From: Mizuhopecten yessoensis
Lineage: Eukaryota
Length of the DNA: 53,010 nt
Direction of reading: 5' to 3'
NCBI RefSeq assembly: GCF_002113885.1
Contig: NW_018405052.1
Location: 135,418 to 188,427, forward strand
Positions 24,465 to 37,342 of this stretch are shown here, piece after piece; the stretch's first letter is position 1, and each line of letters opens with the position of its first letter. The notes under the pieces were generated by a model. That model saw only the letters and a program-made list of their open reading frames with translations, did not search any database and was not told the origin of the DNA. The translations under genes and the position numbers were made by a program.

Positions 24465-26110
24465 TTTTAGCTCAGGTGGGCAAGTGAGCTTATGCCATGA
24501 TGCGGCGTCAATCTGTCGGTCATCAACTTTTTACTTTCAAACAACTTCTTCTCAGTAACCAAAATGACTAGGATGATGATATTTGGCCAGTAGCATGCTG
24601 GAATGAAGGGCTACTAAGTTTATTCAAATGAATGACCTTCATCCATTTTCAAGGTCACGGGGGTCAAATATGTTAAGATCTTTTAACAACTTCTGAATAA
24701 CCAAGAGGCATAGGGTGATGATATTTGGCCAGTAACATGCCGAGATCAAGGGCTACCGAGTTTGTTCAAATGAATGACATTGCCTTAAATTCAAGGTCAC
24801 AGGATCAAATATGTTTAAAACCTTTGAACAATTTCTTCTGAAAAACCAGGAGGCCTAGAGCAATGATATTTGGCCAACAACTTGCTGCGATGAATGCCTA
24901 CCAAGTTTGTTCAAATGAATAACCTTAACCTTATATTCAATGTCACAGGGGTCAAATATGTTTAAAACCTTTGAAACAACTAATTCTGAATAACTGAAAG
25001 GCCTAGGGTGATGATGCTTGGCCAGTAACATGCTGGGATTAATGTCTACCATATTTGTTTTAAATGAATGGTCTTGAAGGTCTTCACATATATTCAAGGT
25101 CACAGGGGTAAACAATTTCTTCTGAAAAACCAAAATTCCCAGGGTGATGATATTTGGCCAGTAACATGCTGGGATGAAGTGCTACCAAGTTAGTTCAAAT
25201 AAATGACATAGCTTATGTTCAAGGTCACGGGGTCAATTGTCTAAAAAAAAGTTTTAAACAACTTCTAAATAACCGAAAGGGCTGGGGAAATTGTATCTGG
25301 CCAGTAGCATGCTAGGATAAAGGGCTACCAAGTTTGTTAAAACAAATGACATTGACCTGTATTTAAGGTCACAGGGGTCAAATATGTAAAAAAAATCTTT
25401 TAACAACTTCGACTGAATAACCGAAAGGGCCAGGGTGATGATATCAGGCCAGTAGTATGCTAGGATGAAGGTCTACTAAATTTGTTCAAATGAATGAATG
25501 ACCTTGACTTATATTCAAGGTCACAGGCATCAAATAAATTTAAAACTTCAAAGACTTCTTGTGAATAGCCATAAGGCCTGAATGTTGATATCTGGCCAGT
25601 ATCTTGCTAGGATAAAGGGCTGCCAGGTTTGTTAAAATATGAATCACCTTGACTTATATTCAAGGTCACAGGGTCAAATTTGTTTAAAAGTCTTTAAACA
25701 ACTTCTTCTGAATAACCATGATGCCTGGAATGTTGAAATTTGGCCAGTAGCATGCTTGGATGAAGGGCTATCATTTCATTTGAATGACCTTGACCTTCTT
25801 TCAAGGTCACATTTGGTCAAATATGTATAAACATTTAAATGACCTAATCCCAATTAACAAAAGGTCTAGGGTGGTGATATTTGGCAAGCTGCATGCTGAG
25901 ATGAAGGGCTATAAAGTTTGTTCAATGTAATGACCTTGTTCAACTTTTAAAGTCATAGGGTGTCAAATTTTTTAAAATCTTTTAACCGATTCTTTTGAAT
26001 GACAGTCATTAATACTGATTTCTTGTCTAGCTTAAGTTTAGATCACTTTTAAGGTTTTAAGTGGGGGAGTAATACCAGGTGATCGATGCAGGCCCATTGG
26101 GCTTCTTGTT
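24465..26110 (+). mobile_element. HINE family A with ~10 units of ~145 bp
   Basis: Ends TTTTAGCTCA ... CCAGGTGATCGATGCAGGCCCATTGGGCTTCTTGTT. The unit marker CAAGGTCAC (or a close variant) occurs at about 24650, 24793, 24937, 25095, 25220, 25365, 25516, 25661, 25802 and 25950. Confidence 0.9.
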
Positions 26111-26208
26111 TGCAATAAATATTAAGGCATTCTCAAATTTTAACAAAATAGATTATAATATTAGTGAATTGGTATACCAACATTATATGTAGTAGAAAAT
26201 AAAATATA

Positions 26209-26690
26209 AACAAGAGGCCCAATGGGCCTGCATCACTCACCTGGTATAAATCTCACACTTGTAATCTTAAAAGTGGACTAAAATACAGCTACAGGCAGAA
26301 TATTGGTGTTTGATTCATAATAACCTATTTTAAGATTTAAACATATGACGCCTGTAACCTTGAATGTCGAAAAAGGACATTAGGTTGAAAGTGGGTCAAG
26401 GTCATTTATTTGAACAAACTTGTTAGTCATTCATCCCAGCATGCTACAGGCCCAATTTCAGTACCCTGGGCCTTTTGGTTATTGAGAAAAAGTTGTTTGA
26501 AGATTTTACGACATTTGACCCCTGTGACCTTGAAAGTGGGTCAAGGTTATTCATTTGAACAAACTTGGTAGCCCTCCATCCCAGCATGCTACTGGCCAAA
26601 TATCATCAGCCTGTGCCTCTTGGTTATTGAGAAGAAGTTGTTTAAAGTAAAAAGTTGACGCCTGACGCCGCACCATGCCAGGTGAGCTAA
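26209..26690 (-). mobile_element. HINE family A, short array (~2 units), inverted relative to 24465-26110
   Basis: ACAAGAGGCCCAATGGGCCTGCATCACTCACCTGG ... CCAGGTGAGCTAA. Confidence 0.88.
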
Positions 26691-27089
26691 TAATGTGATC
26701 CTGATTACGTGCAATACTTTAAGAGTGAAATGTACTTGTGTATGTTAACAGTGTACAAATCAAGACCGAAAGATAGATCATTGCTGGGTATCAATAATTC
26801 AAGTGACCAATAATTATCGGAAATCCTTATGTGGTCGCTTGTAAGCCCTATGCACCCAAAGGCCAAACAGAGACTCCTAGATACACAAAAGCACTATTTG
26901 ACCTTCTTCCAAGAGTGAATAGGGTGATCCTAGGATAATGAACACAACCTTGATAACGTATCACTGGACATTTTTGTCAATGAAGGCTACCAGTAAGTGA
27001 CTACATACATGTATTGTTTTTTGTGGATTTCTTACCATTTAACTGGCATCAAATGACATTATTTCTAACAAACATATTTCCTATTGAAT

Positions 27090-27600
27090 AGGAGGCCCAG
27101 GGGCCTCAATAGCTCACCTGGTATTTTATTTTCAATTTAAAACCTGTCGAGTACTATACCAGTTTATCAAAGGACTACATGTAAATCTGTTTAGGTGGGT
27201 AAGACGCCCCAGGAAACGAGTATTCTTCATGTCCAGCTACTTTGTAAATTGTTATGGCATGGGGATATAACTTGTTCCATGGTATGACCCAGGGAGGATT
27301 TCTCTAGAAGTTGGTCTGGACCTCCTGGCAATTGTATATTTTGTTATAGGGTGGGGAAAAAATCTCTAAATTAATATGGAAGGTGAAGAATTTTATTGAT
27401 TTGCTTCTATTTCTCCTATTGGGCCACACCTCCTGTCCTCTGGGGAGGGGGGCCTGTATTTGGCCCTGTCCTCTGCCAAGGGGACCACATACTCTGTTTA
27501 TACAAAATTGAATCCCCTTTGCTCCAGACCAAATTTGGTCAAAATCCCCTAAGCTGTTAAGGACTTTTGATGAACTTCACCTTTGAGCCAGGTGAGCTCA
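27090..27600 (-). mobile_element. Decayed HINE (family B-like)
   Basis: GAGGCCCAGGGGCCTCAATAGCTCACCTGG ... GAGCCAGGTGAGCT. Confidence 0.6.
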
Positions 27601-28981
27601 TAAAAACCAAATCTTTATTTATATTTATAGACCTGCTTTATCTACCCTCCGTAAATCCCCTTGGAACATTTCCATCCGAGTTAAAATCATATGATTAGTA
27701 TTTCTAGGTCAGAAGGAAATGTTTTAAGAGTTAAGTCTATAATTTCCCCTTTTGGCCTGGGCCTAATGGGACAGTAGGATCTTAACTTTCATACCTTCAC
27801 ATAGACGTCTTAAATATCGCTAAACAGGGAGATTAAAGACCTTAAAAACGAGGCAAGCCAAGAGGGCTACACAGAATTTTAGCAGACACATCTAGGAACA
27901 GACAAAATAAAGCTTGATTCCAACTTTTCACAGCTAAATTTCCGATGGATTATCGATACCCCTTTTGGGCCTCCGCTAGCTAGTGAACTACTTAAAATAT
28001 GATAATTATCCGTAATAATTGTGATTTACAATGACCCTGGTTTATTTTATGATAAAATAATATTATCCAGCAATGTGACGTGCATAAGAACAGGGAGACA
28101 AAATGTAAAATCTGACACACATGTCTTTGTTAACATACACTACGGTTTCCACTTTTGCTGTGACGTGGCAGAATTGTCGGACCATGTGATCTATTCAGCA
28201 GTCTTCGAGGTAAACGAGCATGGCGCTGTATACAAACAGCAGTCAAGAAACAGAGTTTCAATCCCGTAAAATATGTCCATATACGACAAAGTTGACAGTA
28301 TGGTCGCACAAATCTCTTTATTTTTGGTATATTTATGCATTTGTAGCACTAATTTCCTGTTTCCTGGGTATGAAATGTACAGCAAGTCCTTTTAAGTTGC
28401 TTTTGGATTCTATTCAAGGGAGATAACTTTTATAAGGTAATTTTTTTCATTAGATTAGATTATCCGCTGTTAACATATCCAGGCCTTTGATGGTGGTAGC
28501 TTAAAAAAAATGAATTATCTTCCTTACACCTAAATGTTTTTACTTGGAGATACTATACAACTTTGGTGGACATTGTCAGTTCCACTAATCAACCAAGTTT
28601 CAGCAAAATGTACATTAAATAGATTTTCAAAATTACAACTGCAGCAGCAGTTAGACTTTGAGTTGAATTACCAGAAAATTTGAAACAAAAATATATAATC
28701 AAACTAGTGGCTCCCATATTGGATTTCTGATGAATTCTTAGAGAACTAAAGTGACTTCTCAAAATATACTGGCATACAAAAAATCTGATGGCATTTTTAA
28801 TCTCCCATGGCCTTTTTCCAGGTGAGTCAAAATAAACAAATAAAAAGAAAACTAAAGTACAGTATCAATACAAGTACAGTATTTTTTATCACAAATATTC
28901 AAGTTTTACACCGTATAAACACCAATTCTTGATCATTTAAGTAAGTTTCTTCTATTATGAAATAGTTATCAATTTCTTTTT

Positions 28982-31900
28982 CTACAAAACATCCACTGAT
29001 GCTCCCACAGCCACTAATGCTTCCTTCATTTTCTCTGCTTCGTCTTTAGAGATACCCGATTTCACTATCTGCGGTGTCTTCTCCACAAAAGTCTTGGACT
29101 GAAAAGGACAGAATGATACACTATACAACAAAACACTACTACACAGATTCAGTTGTAGTAGTGAAATGGGACAGGGTGTTGAACATTAACAGTATATATC
29201 TTCTATAACAAACAGCCCATGGTAACAAGATGATCCCCAGAATATAACAGATCATATCATGCACTGTACATGGTCATACAAACAAATACGCATTTCATTA
29301 GACAAAAGGTTCAAGAGATCATATTACCATACTTTATTCTGAGTAATAGAGCTAACATGAATACAAAGATTCACCATCTATAGGGGTTACAATACAATGG
29401 AAGTGCATTTTTCTACGTGTAAAGTAATCAGCATAGAGCAAATACGTCTAGTGAAAAGTATCTGTGGTTCAGAAGCTTGACTAGCTGTGATAACGTAGCT
29501 TCTGACGAGGAGACATTTTTTACATATTTTGGCCAGGGTAGAGGAGGCCGGATATTAACATCAGTGCTAGTGCTTGACATGCCAATAATAGTCAGAAATG
29601 CGAGGAAAAAAACATTGAAACATTTGTTGAGGTTTTGATTGTCTTCACTCATTTCTAACAATTATAAAACCTGTGTTTAAAGTAAACGAAGCTAATCCTT
29701 GTTTCCTCTTGCTTTAATGAATGTGGTTATCTCCCTTCGCCTAGCCACAGCATGACTGAGATTTCAAATCAAGTTAATGCAAAAAGTGCAGACTACAATT
29801 GTAAACATCCAGGCAATCTTTATAACTGAAAAGTCGTAAAATTTGGCCAGGTTCAAAAACAATCTGGAGAAATAGGGGTGAGAAGAAACAAACTCAACAC
29901 AAAGTGGCAAATGTTAAATCCCCCAGGTACATTCCTGCTGGGAGCAGTGCTCTTACCTGAACTAAATTGAGGCCACAAATACTCTTGATTTCTTTGATCA
30001 GTGCAATCTTTTTGGCAGTATCAAATCCAAGTAGTTTAACATCAAATGATGTCTGTTCTCTTGTGGTTGTAACTTCCTCCTCTTCCTCCTGTATAGTCAA
30101 GAAAACAATGTTCATTAAAGTCAGTTTGGTACCAGTTATCTACATTATTCCAGTCAAGTGAACCCTATCAATTAAGACTGCTCAAAGATACTGAAATAAA
30201 TTAAAATGTATGAATAAAAAACAAAGTTTGGATTGTACACAGTCAAACCTGGCTCAACAAAAATTCTACATGCATTTTTAGCTCACCTGGTCCGAAGGAC
30301 CATGGTGAGGTTATGCCATACAGCATCGTCCGTCGTCCGTCCGTCCGTCAACTTTTCCTTAAAAACGCTCCTAGTCCTGAACGGCCAAGTAGATTTTGAC
30401 TAAATTTGGTCTGGAGCATCCTTAGGCCAAGGGGACTAAATTTTGTATAAATGGTGGGTGTGGCCCCCCTGGGGGCAGAGGGGCGGGGCCGAATAGGGAA
30501 AATAGGTAAAACCTTCAAAATCCTTCTCCTACAATAGGGATGAAGGGATTTTGTCCTAATTTAGTCTGGAGCATCCTTGGGCCAAGGGGACTCAATTTTG
30601 TATAAATGGTGGGTGTGGCCCCCCTGGGGGCAGAGGGGTGGGGCCCAATATGGGAAATAGAGGTAAAACCTTCAAAATCCTTCTCCTAACCTAGGGATTA
30701 AGGGATTTTATCCTTATTAAGTCTGGAGCATCCTTGGGCCAAAGGGACTCAGTTTTGTATAAACCGTGGGTTTGGCCCCCCAAGGGCCTGAGGGGCGGGG
30801 CCCAATAGGGGAACATAGCAAATCATTCTTTAAAATCCTTCTACTTCTGTAGGAATGACAGGATTTGGTCCATATTTGGTGTTGAGCATCCTTGGGTTAA
30901 GGGAAACCAATTTTGTATAAACGGTGGGTCTGGCCCCTTTGGGGGCTGAGGGGCGGGGCCCAATATGGGAAATATAGCAAATTCTTAAAAATCCTTCTTC
31001 TTCTGTACGAATGACAGGATTTATTCCATATTAAGTCTGAAGCATCCTTGTGTGAAGGGGTACCAATTTTGTATAAACCATGGGTCTGACCCCCCAGGGA
31101 CCTGAGGGGCGTGGCCCAATAGTATAGGGAAAACATAGCAAATTATTCTTTAAAATCCTTCTTCTTCTGTAGGAATGAAAAGATTTGGTCCATATTTGGT
31201 GTGAAGCATCCTTGGGTAAAGGGGAACCAATTTTTTATAAACGGTGGGTATGGCCCCCCTGGGACCTGAGGGGCTGGGCCCTATCGGGGAAATAGAGGTA
31301 AAACCTTTAAAATCCTTCTTCTACCATATGGATTAAGGGATTTTATCCTAATTTAGTCTGGAGCATCCTTGGACCAAGGGGACTCAATTTTGTATAAGCA
31401 GTTGGTGTGGTCTCCCAGGGGGCAGAAGGGCGGGGCCCAATAGTAGAAATAGAGGTAAAACCTTTAAAATCCTTCTTCGACCATCATGATTAAGGGATTT
31501 TATCCTTATTTAGTCTTGAGCATCCTTTGGCCATGGGGACTCAATTTTGTATAAATGGTGGGTATGACCCCCCCTAGGGGCATAGGGGTTGGGCTCTGTT
31601 TGAAATTTGTTATATCTCAAGTACTGGATGGATCTTTCAGAAATTTCATATGTACTTACAGCACCTAGCTACCATGGAGTGCTATATCTTTACTTCATAC
31701 AAATTATTTTAAACATATTCAGGTGAGCGATACAGGCCCTCTGGGCCTCTTGTTTTGAATGAAATTTCAAAAAGAGAATTGTTCAAGTACTGATTAATCT
31801 GAACATTCTCTTTCCGAAGCTCAAAGACAGATTATCTCATTTTAGATTCTTATAAAAACTCTCTCCAGTCCAACATTTTTTTTTTTTAATATCAACTCAA

Positions 31901-34900
31901 TGATTATGTTGTCACATTTGACAATAATCAAGTGTGACAACAGACACTTGAATCCTTTGTTAATAAACACAAGTTTATTGATATCTAGTTACCTTACGAG
32001 TGACTGTGCGAGTGTCTCAAAATCATTCATTTAATCAAATCAGATTCTTTCATCCTAAAATACTACAGAAATCTTATTAAAACTTTAATAGCCATGGATC
32101 TATGAACTAATTCATTGTTGAGATCATTTCTTTTCAAATTTCTTATAGACTTCCCTTCAGCAATCTACAAAACATATTGAAACTCAACATTTATTTTAAC
32201 ACATTTAATGGCTGTCTTCCTCTCACGCTTCAGGACAAATGACAAATGCTATGGCCGTAGACTCAACAGTTCCGTTTAATATGTCATTTAAAGTATCAAA
32301 ACACATTTGAACCCAGCTAATGTAAAAGGGGTTAATATTAATTATTTCAATGAAGTATTAGAATCCTGCAAATTTAAAAGTGTGTCAATGTCACTTATTA
32401 TAAAAAAATTGATAGCCTTTCAACACAGCAAGCTACAGACATAATATCATGAAAGAAGAATAGAATAGAAAGGATTTTTTTTAAATATGATTAACTCCAG
32501 AGAAATAATCACTTAGACAGTAACAGTACCTTTGCTGGAGCTGCAGGACCGGCACTAGCCATTGCCATGACTGGAGCATCTTTAATCTTCAGAGTTTTCT
32601 GTAAGAAAGTTAATAAACAGTTCAGTACTAATTCCACCAAACTCTGTTCATTCTAAGTATCTCATTACAGCAAAAAATCAGCATTAAAAGTTTACCTTGA
32701 AATACATCACCAATGAAGGTGTATAATTTCATAATAGTAACAATAGATTTCATGCAAATTTTGAAAAATTCTGCTAGCCAGGCTTTAATTTCATGGTAAA
32801 CCTTGAAGATTTTTCACCAGCCATTAAATAAAATCTTCTAGCGCAAGGCATTGTGAAAGTGGAATTGTACATCCTGTCATGGAATGTTTAACATTAGCAA
32901 GATCACCACTATATGTTTGAAAATGTTTACAATGAAGCTTGAGTTAAAACTACATCTTAGATTACCTTCAATAGTTCATTTAGATCTGCTACTTCAAGCA
33001 GTGTGAGCTGACCAATATCTTCCACAATGCTTTGGATCTTCGGAGGGTAGGACTTTTCAGTACTTTCATGTGGACTAGCTAATGTGCACTGAGCCCTTCG
33101 CATACAATTTGCACATGCCTGAATGACCCTCTCCTGGCGTTGTAATCTGCAACCAAGCATATAAGATGCATTGTCAGCTAAAAATATATACACTGTTGGA
33201 ATAAAAACAGTTACCGTATGCCCTCTGGTCAACACAATTTGAATTTACCTTAATTGCCCTCCAATCATTTTAAAGAACCATCTTGTCTGAATAAATATAA
33301 ACTTTATTTCTTTTACAACAATTATGAAACTAGTTATTTCAACTTATATTAATCACTCTTGTTGGCCCAGATACTAGTACGCTAGCAGTCATGATGTCGG
33401 AGGAAAACAGAGTACCCGTAGAAAACCCAAGTGGTCGGGCAGGTGACCCAATACCTTGTCACATCCGATCCGGGAATCGAACCCAGGCCCCTTTGTGAAA
33501 GGTGAGCGTGTTATCCACTGTCCGGCCTGACCAACCTATTGGCTGGAGCTAATACTTTAATATATCTGGCAATATATTGGTTGGCATTTATAGTTTTTCA
33601 CTTAAGTGTCATGAGAAACAGTATTATCCCAGCCATTTATTGACAGATATATAATCAGTATTAATTACACACTTTTCATAAACTAACATGGTCATTTCTC
33701 AGCAACGACTTTCTCAGTGCAATTGTTGCATAAATGATGTCAACAATTACCATTACAAAACTTAAATACCAGGTTCATGTAAGACCTATCTTAGTATAAC
33801 CACTGATAGTTTCAAAGCCACCTAAACTCAGCCATGGAATTTCCATTCTCTTCCTGCCACTTCTACCACCTATTTATCTTTACTACCACCTATTTATCTT
33901 AAGCTTGTTTAAATATAGCAACTTCTGTGGAGTCTCAGTGATTAGGAACATTAAACCATATGAATTGTGATGAATTCCACTTTTTGACTATTTTTTCAAA
34001 GGACAAGTTTCTGTAAATTTAAAATTGTTTCTACTGCATCTCCAAAGGATTCTTTGCAAATCAGGCTACAGTGTCAAAGTTTAGTTTTTTCAGTTAAATG
34101 ACACTTTAAAGACCTTCAAAATGGCCGATATGTGGCCTCAAGATCTTTGGACACATTGTCAAATGACCTTAACTTTGTAAAGACATGAAACCATAATTAT
34201 TGAATCAATCAATAGAACATAAAACTACAATCAAAAGGAGGTGCCACTATCATCATGCAGAACCTGACTAACAAAACACTTGTTAGCCAGAAAGAAAAAA
34301 AATATCTTAGCTACAAGCATTAGTAGTGACAATTGTTTTACATCACTTGGACTACTTAGGTTGAATGGTTCCTTCTTGGTCTGCATTTTTCTATGTGCAC
34401 CAGATAACCTTGACCAGTTTTTATTTGTTTGTTACATTTGTCTTATATCTGTGTAGTCATAATTGACTGTATAGCCAGATTTAGCTAAATAGCCAGATTT
34501 TCCAGTGATACTGTATCTACCTATTCACAGGTACACATCACAAGTGAGAGATTTTTTTTTACTAATGCACTAATATTTAGGTATCATTTGAGGACCTGTA
34601 ATCATTAGCCTGAGTTTCCTCTGGCCCTAACACCAGACTTAGACTTTTTGACATATAGCTGTCTGGTGTGGGGCCAAAGCGCACTGCTATATGAAAACGT
34701 GGAATTCTCTGACTATGAAAACATGGAATTCTCCAACTATGAAAACATGGAATTCTCCAGACACCATTTTGTATCTGGGAGTGACTAATCAACAAAAAGA
34801 CGTGGTCAGGAAATTTCCTAAACAAAGAATAATATATTCCGTTTTCGGTCCGGATCAGTACAGTTTGTTGATTAGTCACCCATGACCTACAAAAATGGCA

Positions 34901-36753
34901 TTCACTCAGATGGGAAATTTTGAACAATTGAAAATCAAGGACTCTACTGGCAGAATTTAGCAGCTGTTGATGATAATAAGAGCTGATTTGGATCAATAAA
35001 TAATCCATTTATCGATATATGTGAGGTATGTGTTGTGTCATAGTAGATTTTTGTTGTCAGCACCTCTTAACTCTCTGATACCAAACGGTATCAGAGAATT
35101 CCACGTTTTCATATAGCAGTGTGCTCTGTCCCCACACCAGACATCTATATGTCAAAAGTCTAAGTCTGGGGTTAGGGCCAGAGGAAACACGGGTTAGGTC
35201 ATCATATGCTACCTAATGAAAGCTTTGAAGAAAGAAGTGGTGGCCGGATTGGTCCACTAAAAATGACCATAATTGCAGGCTCGAAAAATTCTGACCATCG
35301 CCCATTTATGTTCAACTATCTACAGCTAATCCTCGATTCTGACATTTTATCAACATAACTATAGAAATATAACAAGAGGCCCATGGGCCTTAACGGTCAC
35401 CTGAGTCCTACAGTATTAATTTTTGTTGTTAAAATATGAAGTGGAGATAATGATTTCAATAATCCCTACCAAAATTTGAGTAAAAACAAGAGGCCTAATG
35501 GGCCTGCATTGCTCACCTGGTATTAATCACACTTGTAATCTTAAAAGTGGACTAAAATACAGCTACAGGCAGAATATCAGTGTTTGATTCATAAGAACCT
35601 ATTAAAAGATTTAAACATATTAGCTTGTGACCTAGAATGTCAAACAAGGACATTAGATTGAAAGTGGGTCAAGGTCATTCATTTGAACAAACTTTGTAGT
35701 CCTTCATCCCAGCATGCTAAAAGGCCCAATATCAGCACCCTGAGCCTTTCGGTTATTGAGAAAAAGCTGTTTAATTTTTTTTACGACATTTGACCCCTGT
35801 CACCTTGAAAGTGGGTCAAGGTCATTTATTTGAACAAACTTGATAGTCCTTTATCTCAGCATGCTACAGGCTCAATTTCAGTACCCTGAGCCTTTTGGTT
35901 ATTGAGAAGAAGTCGTTTGAATATTTTACGACATTTGACCCCTGTGACCTTTAAAGTTGGTCAGGGTCATTCATTTGAACAAACTTGGAAGCCCTTCATC
36001 CCAGCATGCTACAGGCCCAATACCAGTACCCTGGGCCTTTTGGTTATTGAGAAGTCGTTTGAAGATTTTAAGATATTTGACCCCTGTGACCTTGAAAGTG
36101 GGTCAAGGTCATTCATGTGAACAAACTTGGACAACGGACGTACGCCGCACCACGGCAAAAACTCACTTGGCCCATCGGGCCAGGTGAGCTAAAAATCAGT
36201 ATTAGGGGTATTTTTTCATGTACAGATTGTTATACTATCGAGACGTATATTAATATATACGTCTTTGGTCATATTGATAAAACGTCAGACTCCTGTGATA
36301 AAACGCGGGGAGTTAGCTTCCACAACGTGTCGAGTTGGCAGTAGTCAGGTAGGCCTAATGAGTGAGAAATTAACCAATTGACATATAGGTATAATATTTC
36401 TCTAGCAAGCATGTAAATCTCTCGCAATCGCTATTGCCATAATTCGGCGACAAATCCCCAAGAACTATAGGCAGCTGACCCTGACCATGACTATAAGCAG
36501 GTGACCGGTCAGAATTATGTGTTTTACCTCAGTTTTACCTGTCGCTTTATATGTAGCCTCCGATTATCTCATATCTGATTATGGCCAGTTTTAGCACAGG
36601 CGCTTGTATCTGGTATTTAATACCTGAGCTAAAATCCAAAATCCACTACGTACAATATCAAAGCATGATATAACTTATGCATTCGTTTTACCTATGTATC
36701 TGTTTAGAAAGACGAGTCGACAGAGAAAGTACGCGCGTCGTCGAACTAAACAT
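28982..36753 (-). CDS. MRPL12: Mitochondrial ribosomal protein L12 (bL12m), 186 aa
   Basis: Exons 36753-36692, 33146-32966, 32598-32530, 30088-29957 and 29098-28982 total 561 nt, GT-AG, frame intact. The N-terminus MFSSTTRVLSLSTRLSKQIHR resembles a mitochondrial presequence. L7/L12 motifs LTLLEVADLNELLKKTLKI, FDVKL..KIALIKEIK..GLNLVQSK.FVE and EAEKMKEALVAVGA. Confidence 0.93.
30276..31755 (+). mobile_element. HINE family B with (GTCC)n and 8 G-rich units of ~157 bp in MRPL12 intron 3
   Basis: TTTTAGCTCACCTGGTCCGAAGGACCATGGTGAG, CGTCCGTCCGTCCGTC, then (G/A)AGCATCCT at 30414, 30569, 30726, 30884, 31040, 31204, 31361 and 31518. End CAGGTGAGCGATACAGGCCCTCTGGGCCTCTTGTT. Confidence 0.92.
33390..33536 (-). 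mobile_element. tRNA-derived SINE with V-domain-like core
   Basis: On the minus strand: A-box-like CAGTGG, B-box GGTTCGATTCC, then GGGTTTTCTACGGGTACTCTGTTTTCCTCC, which resembles the V-SINE core. Confidence 0.75.
34606..35196. mobile_element. MITE with ~105 bp TIRs (TAG-start, possibly Academ-like) in MRPL12 intron 1
   Basis: 34606-34712 is the near-perfect reverse complement of 35090-35196. The inner end of the left TIR is amplified as three 24-bp copies (TATGAAAAC(A/G)TGGAATTCTC). Confidence 0.9.
35372..36195 (-). mobile_element. HINE family A (35487-36195, ~3.5 units) abutting a truncated second HINE end (35372)
   Basis: Two successive ACAAGAGGCC..GGGCC ends. The block CACACTTGTAATCTTAAAAGTGGACTAAAATACAGCTACAGGCAGAATAT is shared with the copy at about 26255. 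Ends with GGCCAGGTGAGCTAAAA. Confidence 0.88.
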
Positions 36754-36977
36754 CTTTGCGTCGAGTGAAAATAAAAGGTCGTCTTTCTGGTCGACGTCAC
36801 CTCCACGTTTTCTGTAAATAGAGAAAATCCATAAAAGAAAAACGTTTAAGTGATCTCTAAGTCACAGTGCGACCTAACCTTTAATGTAAAAAGGCTTTTC
36901 ATTGGTGAATTTACAGTAAATCTACATCCGGTAATAACACGTGTGCATGATCCAGAAACACAGCAATAAAGGTAAAT
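36754..36977. promoter_or_regulatory. Bidirectional promoter of MRPL12/TMA16 with probable TMA16 non-coding first exon
   Basis: CpG-rich segment directly upstream of the MRPL12 ATG. It has a CRE-like GACGTCAC (about 36793-36800), ATTGG (36901-36905), E-box AACACGTGTG (36936-36945) and a + strand donor AAG|GTAAAT at 36971/36972. Confidence 0.6.
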
Positions 36978-37342
36978 CAACCTATCGACTTCCGTATACT
37001 TACCTATGGTGCATAAGACACTGGCATTTTAGCATTTGGTTAGTATGTAAAACATATATGAAGTAGTATTCCCTACCCTACTGATATTTTAATATTTTAA
37101 CAAATTTATGTCACAGGGGCTCAGTTTCGGGTATCAAAATGACACATTTTCTGACATTTTTCTCGACAAATGCATCTTCATGGACATCCAACCTTATGAT
37201 ATTTACAAGTTTAAATGGATTTTTTCCTGAAGGGAGTTTTTTCATTAGTTATTGAATATTTTTTCTGAAATTAATGTGCATTGCCTCAGTTAATGTCTGA
37301 GAAATATTGGAGGAGGATTGTTTATGACAGGGATTTTTTTAA

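Noticed and set aside
24465-31755. Regularly spaced repeats as a CRISPR-like array
   Set aside because: Whole monomers repeat with no unique spacers, there are no cas genes, and the context is eukaryotic.
33147-33235. Upstream part of ORF 32957-33235 as the MRPL12 N-terminus
   Set aside because: It is intronic: the acceptor at 33147 joins in phase to exon 1 at 36692-36753, which encodes a plausible presequence.
34577-35008. 143 aa and 64 aa ORFs with repeated peptides
   Set aside because: Translations of the 24-bp repeat inside a MITE.
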